This document shows positions 27,901 through 48,671 of a stretch of DNA of 64,000 nt, in pieces. Each line of letters opens with the position of its first letter. Within the stretch, counting starts at the first letter, position 1. The notes beneath the pieces were generated by a model that did not search any database, was not told where the DNA came from, and saw nothing but the letters and a program-made list of their open reading frames with translations. The stretch is taken from the NCBI RefSeq assembly GCF_902459465.1, contig NC_047071.1, positions 868,001 to 932,000 on the forward strand, given 5' to 3'. The translations under genes were made by a program, and so were the position numbers. This DNA comes from Asterias rubens. Its lineage: Eukaryota.

Positions 27901-29610
27901 ATTAATACAAATCTAAATCTATTTCAGATAGAAAAATGTGTTTTTCCCCCATACATGTAAAATGTCCATTCTAAAAACTTATATGACTTGTCCCGGGGGA
28001 AAACATTTCCAAGTCCTGAAACACAGTTGATAAAGTTTGCTCAGGGACACAATTTCTTATTCAGCAGCACGCACATGTCTTGCAGAGTCCACATAGATTG
28101 GGACAAATTTAATTTAAAACCATCTGGTCCATTTGAGAAACTCAATATCTTGTCTCTTCGTTGACAATTGGTTGCACCTGATCATCAACGTCTTTTAAAG
28201 GGGTACAGCATATAGACAAGTGCTAGGTCAACCACTGCTTTCTGTCATCTCTGGGACGCAAACTACCAAAGACTTTAAGGAACTGGACATGGTAATTAAT
28301 TACTCAACATATTTGTGAGCATGAAAACTTACTTGGTAACAAGCAAAGGAGAGCTGTTGATAGTATTAGACGTTGTGAGAACAGCTCCCTCTAGATTTGG
28401 AGAAAGAAGTAATTTCTCACTAAAATATTTGTATTGAGTTTGAGACCTCAGCTGAAGTCTCAAATTCAAGCATCTGAAAGCACACAACTTGTGCGACAAG
28501 GGTTACGTTTCATTCTATAATTCTCACGCAACTTTGCCAACAAATTGAGCTCAAACTTTCACAGGTTTGTTATTTTGGAGCATAAAATCTGCTATCTTTT
28601 TAAATAACCTCATTACTTCAAAATGTTTTACTATTGGAAGCTTCTTTTTGTAAAATTTTTTTTAACAACTTTTTGTTGTGGATAGCACAATTTAATTTAT
28701 CAGTGATTCTGTTAATTTTGTAGCATTTTAGATTTTGTTTTCAACGATAAGGTTGTGATTCTTTTTGCAGTGACGGCGACCCTTACTTTACATTGATAAA
28801 ACTTGTGCCCCTAATGTTCCAAAAGAAAAAGTAGGCCTATATACATGTAACTTGGCTGCAGTCATATTGTAATGGTATAAGGCTGTATGGAAAAACCTTC
28901 CAACAGAGGGCAGCATTGATCTCATTGCAGCATTGATTTGCATTTGTATGGTATTTCTGTACCACATGTTCTAGTTCTTCTCAACTTAGGGTTACGTTTT
29001 AATTTTGGTTATTTTACATAATTTGAATGTTATTGATTGTATTTTAGCGCCATGAGCACTTTGATGGACTTGTGGGCCTTTTAAGTTATTAATATTATTG
29101 TTATTATCAAAATGACCGTCCTTATATGAGAAGACATAAATCGTAAACCTATGAATGCCTAAATGATGGTACCAGTGGAGCTTTACACATATTGATTAGA
29201 TAATATTGAAACGAGTTGGTATGGAATACAAGTACATACTTGGGACATGTTACCTTTGTTGTTTGTAACCCTAACCCTAACCCTAACCCTAACCCTAACC
29301 CTACACATATTGATTAGATAATATTGAAACGAGTTGGTATGGAATACAAGTACATACTTGGGACATGTTACCTTTGTTGTTTGTAACCCTAACCCTAACC
29401 CTAACCCTAACCCTACACATATTGATTAGATAATATTGAAACGAGTTGGTATGGAATACAAGTACATACTTGGGACATGTTACCTTTGTTGTTTGTATAT
29501 AAATTTTGGTATCAAACTTTTTTCTCACTTTTTTTGTAGGAAAAGGCGCCATGGCCGAGGTTTCAACCATTGTCCAAGAGGTACTCAAGGCACTGAACCT
29601 AGGCAGGTAG
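12907..29610 (+). CDS. PPCDC: Phosphopantothenoylcysteine decarboxylase (CoA biosynthesis, HAL3/HFCD flavoprotein), 5'-partial. Coding exons 12907-13035, 23873-24041, 29540-29610
   Basis: Three AG/GT-bounded exons join in frame (phases 0,1): AWKTREDPVLHIELRRQADLLVIAPLDANTLAKVANGICDSLL / TCIVRAWDSAKPLLICPAMNTHMWDHPITAGQIDTLRAFGYQEVPCIEKTLACGDT / GKGAMAEVSTIVQEVLKALNLGR*. Family motifs APLDANTLAK, PAMNTxMW and LACGD are present. The N-terminal GxTGSVA exon was not found in 1-12906. Confidence 0.93.
14955..15328. mobile_element. Non-autonomous DNA transposon (MITE) with TTAA TSD and AG...CT termini, Kolobok-like; full-length copy
   Basis: TTAA|AGGCACTGGACAC...GTGTCCAGTGTCT|TTAA terminal inverted repeats. 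The internal sequence is shared with many copies in the window. Confidence 0.8.
17180..17560 (-). mobile_element. Highly decayed CR1/L2-type LINE fragment
   Basis: Minus frame KKTNSTKDLGILDS resembles the RT C-terminal KDLGV motif; many stops. Confidence 0.3.
18525..18860 (+). mobile_element. tRNA-derived SINE, subfamily A (CCACCCAGGGGTAAATGGGTACC body)
   Basis: Same head as subfamily B but a different body and tail, ending GCGCTATATAA plus TAT repeats. Confidence 0.75.
18860..19124. mobile_element. Palindromic MITE-like element
   Basis: TGTTGGCAAGTCGTTAAATGTTTGCCACA at 18860 pairs with the reverse complement of TGTGACAAACATTAACGACTCGCCCACA ending at 19124. Confidence 0.7.
19292..19503. mobile_element. 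Same TTAA MITE family, internally deleted reverse copy
   Basis: TTAA|AGACACCGGACACTATTGG...CCAATAGTGTCCACACTGCCT|TTAA. Confidence 0.7.
19846..20225 (-). mobile_element. tRNA-derived SINE, subfamily B, reverse orientation
   Basis: Reverse complement of the 43507 copy, with (AAT)n tail at 19841-19862. Confidence 0.8.
23440..23600 (-). mobile_element. LINE 3' end (L2-like) with TAT-type tail
   Basis: Minus strand reads ...GCGCTTAGAGGCTTTTGCATTAGGCGCTTTACAAAT, then an ATT-rich tail. Confidence 0.45.
27541..27880. mobile_element. Same TTAA MITE family, reverse copy. Further partial copies at ~12551-12690, 28279-28580, 30830-30950, 44540-44690 and 51106-51410
   Basis: Family internal sequence (AAAGACCAGTCTTCTCACTTGGTGTATCTCAACATATGCA...). 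Confidence 0.7.
29184..29495. repeat. Three identical 82-bp units separated by telomere-type (TAACCC)6 and (TAACCC)5 tracts
   Basis: Units at 29184-29265, 29302-29383 and 29414-29495. TAACCC arrays at 29266-29301 and 29384-29413. Confidence 0.95.
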
Positions 29611-30081
29611 CATCTTCTGGCCACACAAACCGACCGCTTCAGAAAGCATCTTACAAGTCGTAATGGATAAGTGTTCCAGCGTGTGCTCATGGACAGTTCT
29701 GTTGGACTGCCCAAAGATTTCATTGGCACAAGATAAACTAATTTGTATTCAGTCATGTACAATTGCTCCTCGTACGTCGAGGATGCAGTCAAGCTGAACA
29801 TTCTGGCAGTCAAATGGATTGGAGGACTGTGCCCATGGGAATGTTCATTTGTGCCTACAATGAGCTGGAAACACTCACTTAACTCTACTGACATGACTGA
29901 CACACATTCAAGATGTCAATGAAGCAAGGTTTGGCTTTGCCACAATCCTTGCTTTTCTGATGATTTTTAATACCGGGACAAGAGAAGGAGTGTAGAAAGA
30001 AAAAAGTTCCAATCAACTGAACCAAAGTAGCTGCAAAGGGATCACATCATGAGAAGTGACTTATCATTTTAAATATCAAAT

Positions 30082-30087
30082 AATAAA
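30082..30087 (+). terminator. Candidate PPCDC polyadenylation signal (AATAAA)
   Basis: AATAAA ~470 nt downstream of the stop codon. Confidence 0.35.
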
Positions 30088-30254
30088 CAGTAGGGATACA
30101 CGTGCCAGGTCAGTAGACCCCTTTTTTGGAGACTTCTGGCATCAAAGGTACTTTTAAGTACTTTGTAACGTGACAAACAAATACAAATAACTACATTGTA
30201 CATGATAGGACGTGCTTGTCTGGCCACTTCCCACACGACCCAACACTTAAGCCC

Positions 30255-30550
30255 CGATTGAAAAAGGCAATACAGGCTAAATTAGATCTGATAATTTTGG
30301 CTCTAACTAATCAGTGTATCCATGGCAATGCCCCTATTTATCCTCAAAGTTCAGTTCAGGAGTATCAAACAGCCAGAGAATATGCGATATTCACATAAAT
30401 CCCTGCCGACTCTCTTGGCTATAAAAACCAAGTCATATGGTTCCCGCTCCTTCCAATTACATGTAACTGTTACATCACGTAGCAGCTATGGAACACAGTC
30501 TTCCAGAGGTTGTTAAAAACAGGCTGAAGCACCAGGGCACTTAAAAACCT
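30255..30550 (+). mobile_element. L2-clade LINE ORF2 C-terminal remnant
   Basis: Broken frames read ...ILALTNQCIHGNAPIY...QEYQTARNMRYSHKSL...KTKSYGSRSF...QLWNTV(L)PE. This resembles the L2 C-terminal pattern ILLLTYKALHGLAPxYL...RNLRS...TYGxRSF...LWNSLP. Confidence 0.65.
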
Positions 30551-32381
30551 GCATGCAAAAAGGATACATCTACAGGTGTATTTAGTTTGTGCAACTGTTG
30601 ATTTTCCCTTTAGGAAACGAAACTCGCTACTGGCTTTGTTATTATTATTTCATCTATATTTTCAAAGAATGAAGAGACAGATTGATGTTCTGTTCAGGTG
30701 GGATAGTTTATTTTAGAAAAGATAGCACCTCAGCTAGTCAGACATGGAATATTGTGATTTATGCATACGTTGTTGTAATACTAATCATGTTTAAAAATTG
30801 CAATTGGTTAAAAAAAGTACAATGTAAAGGCATGGACATCTTTGGTCAGTGTTGGTCACTGTCAAAGACCAGTGTTCTCACTTGTTGTATCCTTAAATAA
30901 CAAACCTGTGAAAATTTGGGCTCAATTGGTCATCGAATTGGAAAGAAAAATCTGTTGATGACTTGTCATAAGATTATGTACATTTTAACAAAGCCCGGTG
31001 CATCACTGGTAATGAAGACTAAAAAATACTAATTTTAATGTACTACCGAGTACTTTTATCACTTTGCTTATAGGTTATTTAATTAGTGATGAAAACACAT
31101 GAAGTATTCAAGTAAGATTTTAAACAAAGCATACAGGGCCTAATATGACATAAAAATTATTGCAGACAAAGTTTCAGAAATTTTAAATGCACTTTTTGGT
31201 CATGATTATCATGAGAACTGAGAAGAGTGCAGATTTTGTGGGTTCGAATCCCACCCATGTTTTCACATGACTCGGAAAGCACTTATTATCACAGTCCAGT
31301 CACACATCTCATGATCTGTGTATATGTAAGGGGAAACCAAAATCAGATAGAGTTCAAGAATAAATGAGTATAAATTGTGAGATTTTAAAGACTAAAGAAA
31401 AATGCCTTCTTGCTGTTGCAGTACTTCAAATTAAAACAGCGCAATATAACTTTGTAGTGTGTACTAAGTTTGGAGGCATTGTGTATTGGTTGTCAATTAG
31501 TCATAAACTGAAACTATAATTTGTAATTTAAATAATACATTTTTATTTTTGCGAATAAAATCAGCATAGTGAATGGCTCACTACTAGTGAAGAGAATCCC
31601 TCTTTTTGTGCTGTTCTCAAAAATAGTCAGACTTACATAGAATACGTAGAAGCCTGTTGAGGAAATACGTGTATAAAGTGAACATGTTTAACCGATCCCA
31701 TCAAGATGTAGCCACCACTTTGGGGATGGAGGTGCCTTTACCTGTATACTGTCACGCTTGTTATAAAGACAACTGTTGTTATAATTTAAAGAGGTTCTGC
31801 TTGTATAAAGAGTACATTCTGACTTGTCCTAAAATCTTATTTCTGCTTTGTGTTTTTTCTTTTTGGCTGCCTCTTACAACATTAATGCTTGTAAAAACAG
31901 GGCTTGCTCTTAACTTAATATTTTGGCCAATTCAACCAAAACAATTTTGGGTTTCTCACGCCGTAACGTACATGTACCCCCGAAACCAAACACCATTCTT
32001 CTAACTTTCTCGCATCAAACAAAACACACACTGTACACAGTTGAATTTTAAAGGGTTGGGGGACGGTTGAGATTAAACTTGGAGTGAAAGTATAATCTTG
32101 AATTACATGAAGTGCCAAGGAGACCATCCCATGGCCTCTGTAGCCTTGGTCTTGGTGCCCCACTAAAAGTTTCCTCAAAATTAATACGGCCTTGCCTCTC
32201 AAAGATAAACTTCACATCCTTAAACCGTGTATAAATCAAGACGGATTATTTTTGTTTACGAGCCTTAAAAGGTATCTCGTTTGGATAACACTCCGGTAAT
32301 AAAATACATCTTGTGCAAACGAGCACATGAGCAAAGCTCATAATTTTAAATGAGAACATTATAAGATTGCTTGAATTATTT

Positions 32382-34331
32382 TCAGTGTAGTTCAATAAAA
32401 TTCTCTAGTGTCTGGGGTACAAAACCCTTGTATTTCAATCCATGTTTTTTAACCGTTCTAGCAGCGATACACTTGAGCGACGGTTTGATGTGAGCGATAA
32501 GTATTATCTCCGCTACACTGGTCGTTGATACCTCACAGGCTGTCTTTCCTTCATGGTTAGTCCTATCCAAATGACAGCCACCTTTGGCCAAGAGCACAAT
32601 GATCGAGTGCAGGGTCATGAAGTCACTTATCGGCTTATTGTACTGGACAACAACATGGAGGGGGGTACTGCCAAGATTGTCCGTCTTGTTAGGATCTGCA
32701 CCGCATTCAAGAAACAACTCCACGAGTTTGACACAGGGAAAATAACAGATGTTATTCGTGTGAAAATCATCCACTACCGTGAGCTGATTGACTGCCATGT
32801 GTAGCGGGCTGGATCCGTTAGAAGTTCTTGGGTCGATAGAGATAAAGTGGTACACAAGTTTCTTATACAAATACTCTTGCTCTTTTGTTTTCGTAACGTT
32901 GCTGTTAGATATGACCATCAAGATGTAGAGTGTTGTGAGAATGTCGGCATCAAATACACTTTGCAACATTTTCATCTCCACCTCTTCTTGGGCAGATTTC
33001 AGTTTGTCCTGCCAGCTTTCAAGCTCCATCAACGCAGCTGTGAGTATATGGTAAATGTCCACAAAGGAGACGTCCTCCCCAATGTGGATCATCTGCGAGA
33101 AGACTTGAGCGAAGCGTAGGATGTCCTTCTGGATGGAGCGAGTCAGCCGCTGCCGGATGTCCATAGCGTGCTTCCATAGTGTGATGCAGTTTGCAAACTG
33201 CATGCTGTCTGCACATACCGCCCCTCTGAAGATGATCGGATGGAGAAGTTCTGGATTCTGCTGGCCGAGGATTCGTTCTCGAATGATCAACGCCTCCATC
33301 TGAAGAGAAAAGTGTTCATTCTTGATATCTTTGAGCTCCTTCAATGTTGCACATTCTCTATGGTTGCCGTACGCCGCATGTGGTTCAGTTGGTTCCTTGA
33401 TGACTTTACTGTCTTCCGTGTCTAGGTATCGATGCAGCATAGCCAGGTAAAAATAATGATATGTCTTAGCGATGTCATAATGTTCCTTGTCGTTTGCATA
33501 GGATGATCCCAGTAATTCAAGAGCCTGGATTTTCTCTGTCTTGGAAACTTCTGGCAAAGACATAAGAAACTCGGCAACCTCGGCCATGCCGTTATCACAG
33601 GCGACCATGAGTGGCGTTAGTCCGTGCTCGTTCTTGAGCATTTTAGCATCATGTTGCACAAGAAGCTTCACTATTTCCAACCGACCACACTCGGCCGTAA
33701 AATGCATCGCTGAAGCACCACAGTTAGCCTGGGCATTCACGTCTCCCCCATTAGCCAGAAGGTACGTCACAACATCGTAATGTCCTTTGTAGCTTGCTAT
33801 CATGATGCACGTGTTGCCATATTTGTTAGGCTTGTGAATATTGGCGTTATTCTGCACCAAGCATTTCACCACGTCCAACTTTCCATCGTAGCATGCTGCC
33901 CTCAGTGGTGTGGAATCTGACACTGTGGAGTGGTTCACATCCGCTTTGTGTTGAACCAAGGACTGCACAACGTCGTAGTGACCAGCACCTGCGGCACTCC
34001 ATAGAGCCGTAGCGCCCTCAATGACATACCCATTGAATTTAACTGTCCCTGTCTGCTCTGTGTCTACACCATACTGGTCAAGTAACAATTTCACCACAGT
34101 GTTGTGCCCGTTTCGAGCAGCAGCAACTAACGAGGTACATTTGTAATCGTCATTCTCGATCAATTCGGAAAGAACTAACTTTGTTATTGCCGGCGACTTG
34201 TCGTGAAGTAGCGCCCCCAAAGTTATGGCCTTACCATGTTTTGCTGCGTTGAACACTCGCCGACTCAACACAGAAATACTTTGCAATTGGGGTTCCTGTA
34301 TTGGTGGCGGGAGAGGTGAATAAATTGGCAT
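32382..34331 (-). CDS. FEM1B: Protein fem-1 homolog B (ankyrin/TPR substrate receptor of CUL2 E3 ligase), single coding exon, 649 aa
   Basis: Uninterrupted 649-aa ORF. Ankyrin repeats match FEM1B (AARNGH, QTGTVKFNGYVIEGATALWSAAGAGH, STPLRAACYDG, NKYGNTCIMIASYKGH). C-terminal BC/VHL box PSLKCIAARTV, ending LENFIELH. Confidence 0.95.
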   Translation of the reverse strand: MPIYSPLPPPIQEPQLQSISVLSRRVFNAAKHGKAITLGALLHDKSPAITKLVLSELIENDDYKCTSLVAAARNGHNTVVKLLLDQYGVDTEQTGTVKFNGYVIEGATALWSAAGAGHYDVVQSLVQHKADVNHSTVSDSTPLRAACYDGKLDVVKCLVQNNANIHKPNKYGNTCIMIASYKGHYDVVTYLLANGGDVNAQANCGASAMHFTAECGRLEIVKLLVQHDAKMLKNEHGLTPLMVACDNGMAEVAEFLMSLPEVSKTEKIQALELLGSSYANDKEHYDIAKTYHYFYLAMLHRYLDTEDSKVIKEPTEPHAAYGNHRECATLKELKDIKNEHFSLQMEALIIRERILGQQNPELLHPIIFRGAVCADSMQFANCITLWKHAMDIRQRLTRSIQKDILRFAQVFSQMIHIGEDVSFVDIYHILTAALMELESWQDKLKSAQEEVEMKMLQSVFDADILTTLYILMVISNSNVTKTKEQEYLYKKLVYHFISIDPRTSNGSSPLHMAVNQLTVVDDFHTNNICYFPCVKLVELFLECGADPNKTDNLGSTPLHVVVQYNKPISDFMTLHSIIVLLAKGGCHLDRTNHEGKTACEVSTTSVAEIILIAHIKPSLKCIAARTVKKHGLKYKGFVPQTLENFIELH

Positions 34332-34842
34332 TTTTCTTGATTGTCGTTTTGACTCAATCAGCCGTCAGCTTCCCTTTACTTTTCACATTCAATCGCTATT
34401 TTTGTTTCCGTGATGTCGGACTTCATGTTGTAGTCGGGCTCCAGCAAGTTGTCGTGTTGACACTTTTGACTGGTCTCTAAACCCCCTCTCATCTGATTGT
34501 ATACAAATTCAGGCATATTTGTGTGTACCAATGAGTCACGTCCCTAGACGTCTCGTTAAATACGTAAAAATTCGCATTCGACCTCTTTCCCGAATTTCCG
34601 TTGATGTACGTGGGGTCGCTCAGTTGAAGTCAAGGTTGTTAATGGGTGCAGAGGAGAGCGCGCCACCATTCTTGGTTTTTTTTCACGCAATTAATGAGCG
34701 AAGGCAAAACAAGTATAAAATCTTTCTTTGATTTTGGATGAGCTTGATTGGGCTTTCTTGGGAAGACAACACTCGGATAAATACAACAACCACAACATAC
34801 TCTCTTTACTTTACATTGTTATTTACACATTTTTATAAGCGT

Positions 34843-34848
34843 TTTATT
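34843..34848 (-). terminator. Candidate SLC30A5 polyadenylation signal (AATAAA)
   Basis: TTTATT on the plus strand, ~1.6 kb after the SLC30A5 stop and just before the CpG-rich FEM1B promoter region. Position inferred, not proven. Confidence 0.4.
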
Positions 34849-36424
34849 ACATCTGTACAAATTTAACAAAAACATTTCAATACATATTATCTCTACATAA
34901 ATGTAACCTCTGAACAGAAACCTGTTAAAATGTTGGTTCCCATAACAACATCTTTAAGATGGGTAATTTAGGAGTACCATTCACTGGTTTGACACCTTGC
35001 ATGATATGAAACACACTTCAGCACAATGTGCATCTACCATTTCAACTGAATTGGGACCACATCCTTTGCGGTTTGACTCCCCAAAATGATCGACGGCCAG
35101 GTTAGGCATGTGTGAGTTTGTTTCCCATCAAGAAATGGGTGTGAACATGAACCATAACCAGAATGATAAATCTTTAAAACTGGACTCAAACAAAGAAATA
35201 CTTTTTGTGGCACAATAAAGAAAACATTAACTGAACAGACTGAAGGTTTACAACAAGCACTGGTAATGCATCAATCAATCGCATCATGGAGTAATTGCTC
35301 CATGATCGCATTGAGGGAAACATGATTTAGAGTTCCTCAAAATGGCCATAGTGAACTACTACGCAAACACTTTTTATGGGCACATTAGCCTTAAAATAAG
35401 GCACACATTGGTCAAGCAAATGACTAATTTTTTCATTATTTAGACCAACATGTAACTCATTTTAGGCGAAAGAAAAATATATTTTCAAAGTAGTCTAAAG
35501 CACAATGTTAACTTTCGTAAACAGGAGGATTTGACATGGGGTTCAGGTCATGGGGAATGGTCTCATGCGCACTCACATTACAGCATCCCATCCCAGCGCA
35601 TCTGGATGATGAGGGACCAAGCAAAGGTGGAGGTACGATCAGATGGTACCTAATCTCTAGTCTTAATGATTTTTGTGGTTCCAAAAAAGATCTGTAAAAT
35701 TATTTTTTTTACTTCAATGTCATCATTCCCCTAGTGGTAAACTTGTATCTGAAATAAACAGTTGGAATGCAGCTTTTGTAGTTTTGTTCTACTTACACAA
35801 CTTAAATGTATATGTACAGAAATATGACACTCCCATTTTTATAACTTCTGGAAATTATGATACGAACCATCAGCAATACATGTTTTAACAGATTGAGTTG
35901 GAAAAAATCTTCTTCAGTGATTGACCATGGTTACTATAGCTCCCTGCGAATGATTTGACCTCACACAAACAAAATACAGTAACCAATCATGGTCGCAACT
36001 CAAAATATCATTCATCCCAATACTCTTATCCTCAGGGGTTTGCTACATTTATTTTGGCATAAAATCTTCAGGCATCCAACTACAGGTTGTCAAAATAGAT
36101 GCAAATGCCAGGCACATAGAGACTTTACTGAAAAATTACCTGACTTAATCTTTTGTGGGTGATTAAGCCCTAAAATGGACAGTTGAATAGAGTGCTTTAA
36201 TCATGACAACACAGCCCCTTTAAGGCAAAAGCGAATGTAAAGCCATTATTTGTGAGGCAAACAAGCAGTATAAATGCTGTTTCCTAAGTGTGACATAAGC
36301 AATTTTGCCCCGCTTTCAAAGTTACCTTGATGTATGCGTAACATGCTCAATGTTGCAAACATCCCAAAACCCAAAGTAGAAAATACTAACAAGATGGCAC
36401 CTGTTACCACAGGTACATGTACCA

Positions 36425-46237
<9,813 letters not shown>

Positions 46238-46383
46238 TGTGTCAGGAAAATGGAATTGAATGGTCTCACTCTCAATGTTTTGATGTCATCGCTGTGAAGT
46301 CAAAATCTGGAGAAAAAGAAATAAAAATAGGGACAGTTGTAGAATGATGGCCGTAATAATAATAGCGCATCGAGCTGTAAAAC

Positions 46384-46447
46384 GAGTTGACTTGGGTCTG
46401 AGTTGACTTGGGTCTGAGTTGACTTGGGTCTGAGTTGACTTGGGTAC
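46384..46447. repeat. Tandem repeat, 16 bp x ~4 (GAGTTGACTTGGGTCT)
   Basis: Read directly from the sequence. Confidence 0.9.
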
Positions 46448-46492
46448 GTCGAGTTGACTCAGGTACAAGTAGACTTGAGTATGAGTTGGGAA

Positions 46493-46616
46493 AAGTTTCC
46501 GTATGGCGCCACCACTTTTTCATTCGAAATAAAATAATATAGTATCTAATTTACCTGATTGATATATCCCTTTTTGTAAAAATGAGTGAAAAAGTGGTGG
46601 CGCCATACGGAAAGTT
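46493..46616. mobile_element. Short MITE with perfect 27-bp TIR; second, diverged copy at 56646-56767
   Basis: TTTCCGTATGGCGCCACCACTTTTTCA at 46496-46522 and its exact reverse complement at 46587-46613. Confidence 0.8.
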
Positions 46617-47739
46617 ATCCATGAGTTGACCTGTTTTGTTTTCTTTCGAAATGAAATAATTATAGGATATAATTTTCCTAAATGAGATAATGTGGTGGAA
46701 GGATATGGATATGGAAAGTTATCCAAATATTTCCACATGCGCAGAATTTATTCATGCAGTTTAATAAATAATTGCAGATGACATAAAGCCGAGGTTACTG
46801 CGTGTACATCATCCATAACGATATAGCCGAGGTTACTGCATGTACATCGTCCATAACGTATCAAATTAGATTTATTTTTAGTGCGATACTACCTAGTACT
46901 AGTTACCAGCCAGTTACCTAACTCACTTAATTTATCAGACAGCTCGGTCAGACCATGTCTGATGATCATGTCAGACCATTAATATTAATATCAATTTTGG
47001 ATCCTCAATTTTAAATAATATTGGCATTGCTCAGCACTCTCGCTTCAGTTTCACAATCACAGTCACACCAGTGACCATGGTCATGGTCATGGATGGAGCC
47101 TCCACCATCATCATGGTTTGTTTGGGGTAGCCTACTGACACATTAACTCAATTCAAAAGAGATTAATAACTACAAACCTTTCACAAAATAGCAATTAACA
47201 AGTTGGCATGTTTGAGGACTTTGTCTTGGTCTTTCCAGATGCAAAATGGATCAATGACGTGTAACCATGTCCGTCACTAAATAATAACTCGGATAAAAAT
47301 AATTTTATAACCTTTCCCCTTTTTCTTGTGCGCTGCATGAAACCCATACGCCGATCAAGGCATTTTCCCTATCGCGAGACGTTATAAAAAGGGGAACCAG
47401 TCTATGAAAAAAATGCTGGACATTTTGTTATAATGCATTTTGTTGTCAATTGAGGGGGTGTTAAAAATGCGCCACATGTCACACTAAACAAGTAACTTTG
47501 ATTCCAGAATGCTCACAACTTAGCCCTTTTAAAACCAACCAGATAATTATTTAGAGTAATTTTCAGCTCCATGCGGACCGCCGAATGACATCGGTTGATT
47601 GAGCAGCGTGAATGGACCGAGGGGCTGCCCAGAGCATCGGTGACCGTTGATAAAGGCTGACGACAGTCCGGGGTGAGTCTCGCCAGTTGCTTGATGTGAG
47701 TTCCGTACGGAAATAATCTCCGCAAACTTCTTGAACATC

Positions 47740-48198
47740 ATGGCTACCGAGAAAAAGTGTGCCCCCGTACGGACCGCGAACGAAAGAGTTCGCGTATGGG
47801 ACCACCCTCCAGCAATGAAGATGGTGGTTGCCGCTATCGTGGCACTGAAGGAGAAAAACGGTTCGTCTAGTCAAGCCATCAGAAAGTACATCAAGGACAC
47901 ATTCCAAGTCGACATGGACAGGCAGGCCGTTTTCATCCGAAAGGCCCTCAATACCGGTGTACAGCAGGGAGTTCTTATCCAGACCAAGGGCACAGGAGCT
48001 TCAGGTTCATTCAAATTGGACCCAGCAATGGACAAGACTAAGGAAAAGGCGAAGAAGGTCAAACAACGAGACAAGGTCAAGAAGAAAAAGAAGGAGCAAG
48101 CAAAGAAGGCAAAGCTGAAAGCCCAGAAAGCCAAGTCAATTCAATGCACATTTGTTTTTGATGGTGACAATGACAGTTTAAGATGGTTGAAGTATTAA
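47740..48198 (+). CDS. Histone H1 (late/somatic-type orphon) with intact globular domain; 152 aa if unspliced, with aberrant C-terminus
   Basis: [31 protein letters not shown]...[10 protein letters not shown]...[13 protein letters not shown] is an H1/H5 winged-helix domain. A Lys-rich stretch follows, then non-H1 sequence ([10 protein letters not shown]...) to a stop. Confidence 0.85.
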   Translation: MATEKKCAPVRTANERVRVWDHPPAMKMVVAAIVALKEKNGSSSQAIRKYIKDTFQVDMDRQAVFIRKALNTGVQQGVLIQTKGTGASGSFKLDPAMDKTKEKAKKVKQRDKVKKKKKEQAKKAKLKAQKAKSIQCTFVFDGDNDSLRWLKY

Positions 48199-48440
48199 CA
48201 ACGAGTGAAAGGAAGCATGCTAGCCAACCAAGCAGGAAAGTTTTATAAAGCATTCTGCTTTTGTGACAGACAGGGCCCTGGACACGAGGGACACAATGTC
48301 AATGAGACCAGATAAGTCAATTTAAATTATCAAAACAACAGTCTTTGTACAAGTGTGTCGATCTACAAGAAGTGATGTTTCGGTTTGCTAGAGAATGACT
48401 TGAGTAAACGAGACCTTTTAATATCCGTGATGAGACATTT

Positions 48441-48671
48441 GCAGTCAAGAAGGAGAAGACCAAGAAAGCCAATAATAACAAAAAAGAAGTCTCCAAAGAA
48501 AATCGTCAAGAAGACACACACCAAGAAAGTTGCAGCCAAGAAAGAGCGGCCAAGCCAGCCAAGAAAGACACGAAGCCCAGCAAAGCCGCAAAGAGTCCAA
48601 AGCCAAAGGCGAAGAAGGTCACCGAAAGCATGCAGCAAAGCCGATCGACCACCAACAAACCTAAGAAGTGA
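48441..48671 (+). pseudogene. Detached, frameshifted C-terminal tail of the histone H1 gene (or a possible second exon)
   Basis: K/A/P-rich H1-tail peptides switch frames: AVKKEKTKKA, then KKSPKKIVKKTHTKKVAAKK (+1 frame), AAKPAKKDTKPSKAAKSPKPKAKKVT, then TTNKPKK*. About 300 bp of unrelated sequence separates it from the 5' part. Confidence 0.65.

Noticed and set aside
29184-29495. CRISPR-like repeat-spacer appearance (also the 34-bp repeats at 7775)
   Set aside because: The context is eukaryotic with no cas genes. The spacers are telomeric repeats or absent, and the 82-bp unit is too long.
29301-29903. 200-aa minus-strand ORF
   Set aside because: It is antisense to the last PPCDC exon and UTR, and runs through the telomeric repeat (VRVRVR). 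No domain was recognised.
32553-33780. Several plus-strand and alternative-frame ORFs
   Set aside because: They are shadows of the FEM1B coding sequence.
47040-47130. Minus frame HDDGGGSIHDHDHGHWCDCDCE upstream of the zinc transporter
   Set aside because: It looks like a metal-binding peptide, but there is an in-frame stop upstream, no ATG and no suitable splice sites. It derives from a CATGAC-type low-complexity repeat.
47522-47545. Histone stem-loop-like GCCCTTTTAAAACCAACCA upstream of H1
   Set aside because: The stem does not pair and no histone ORF precedes it.
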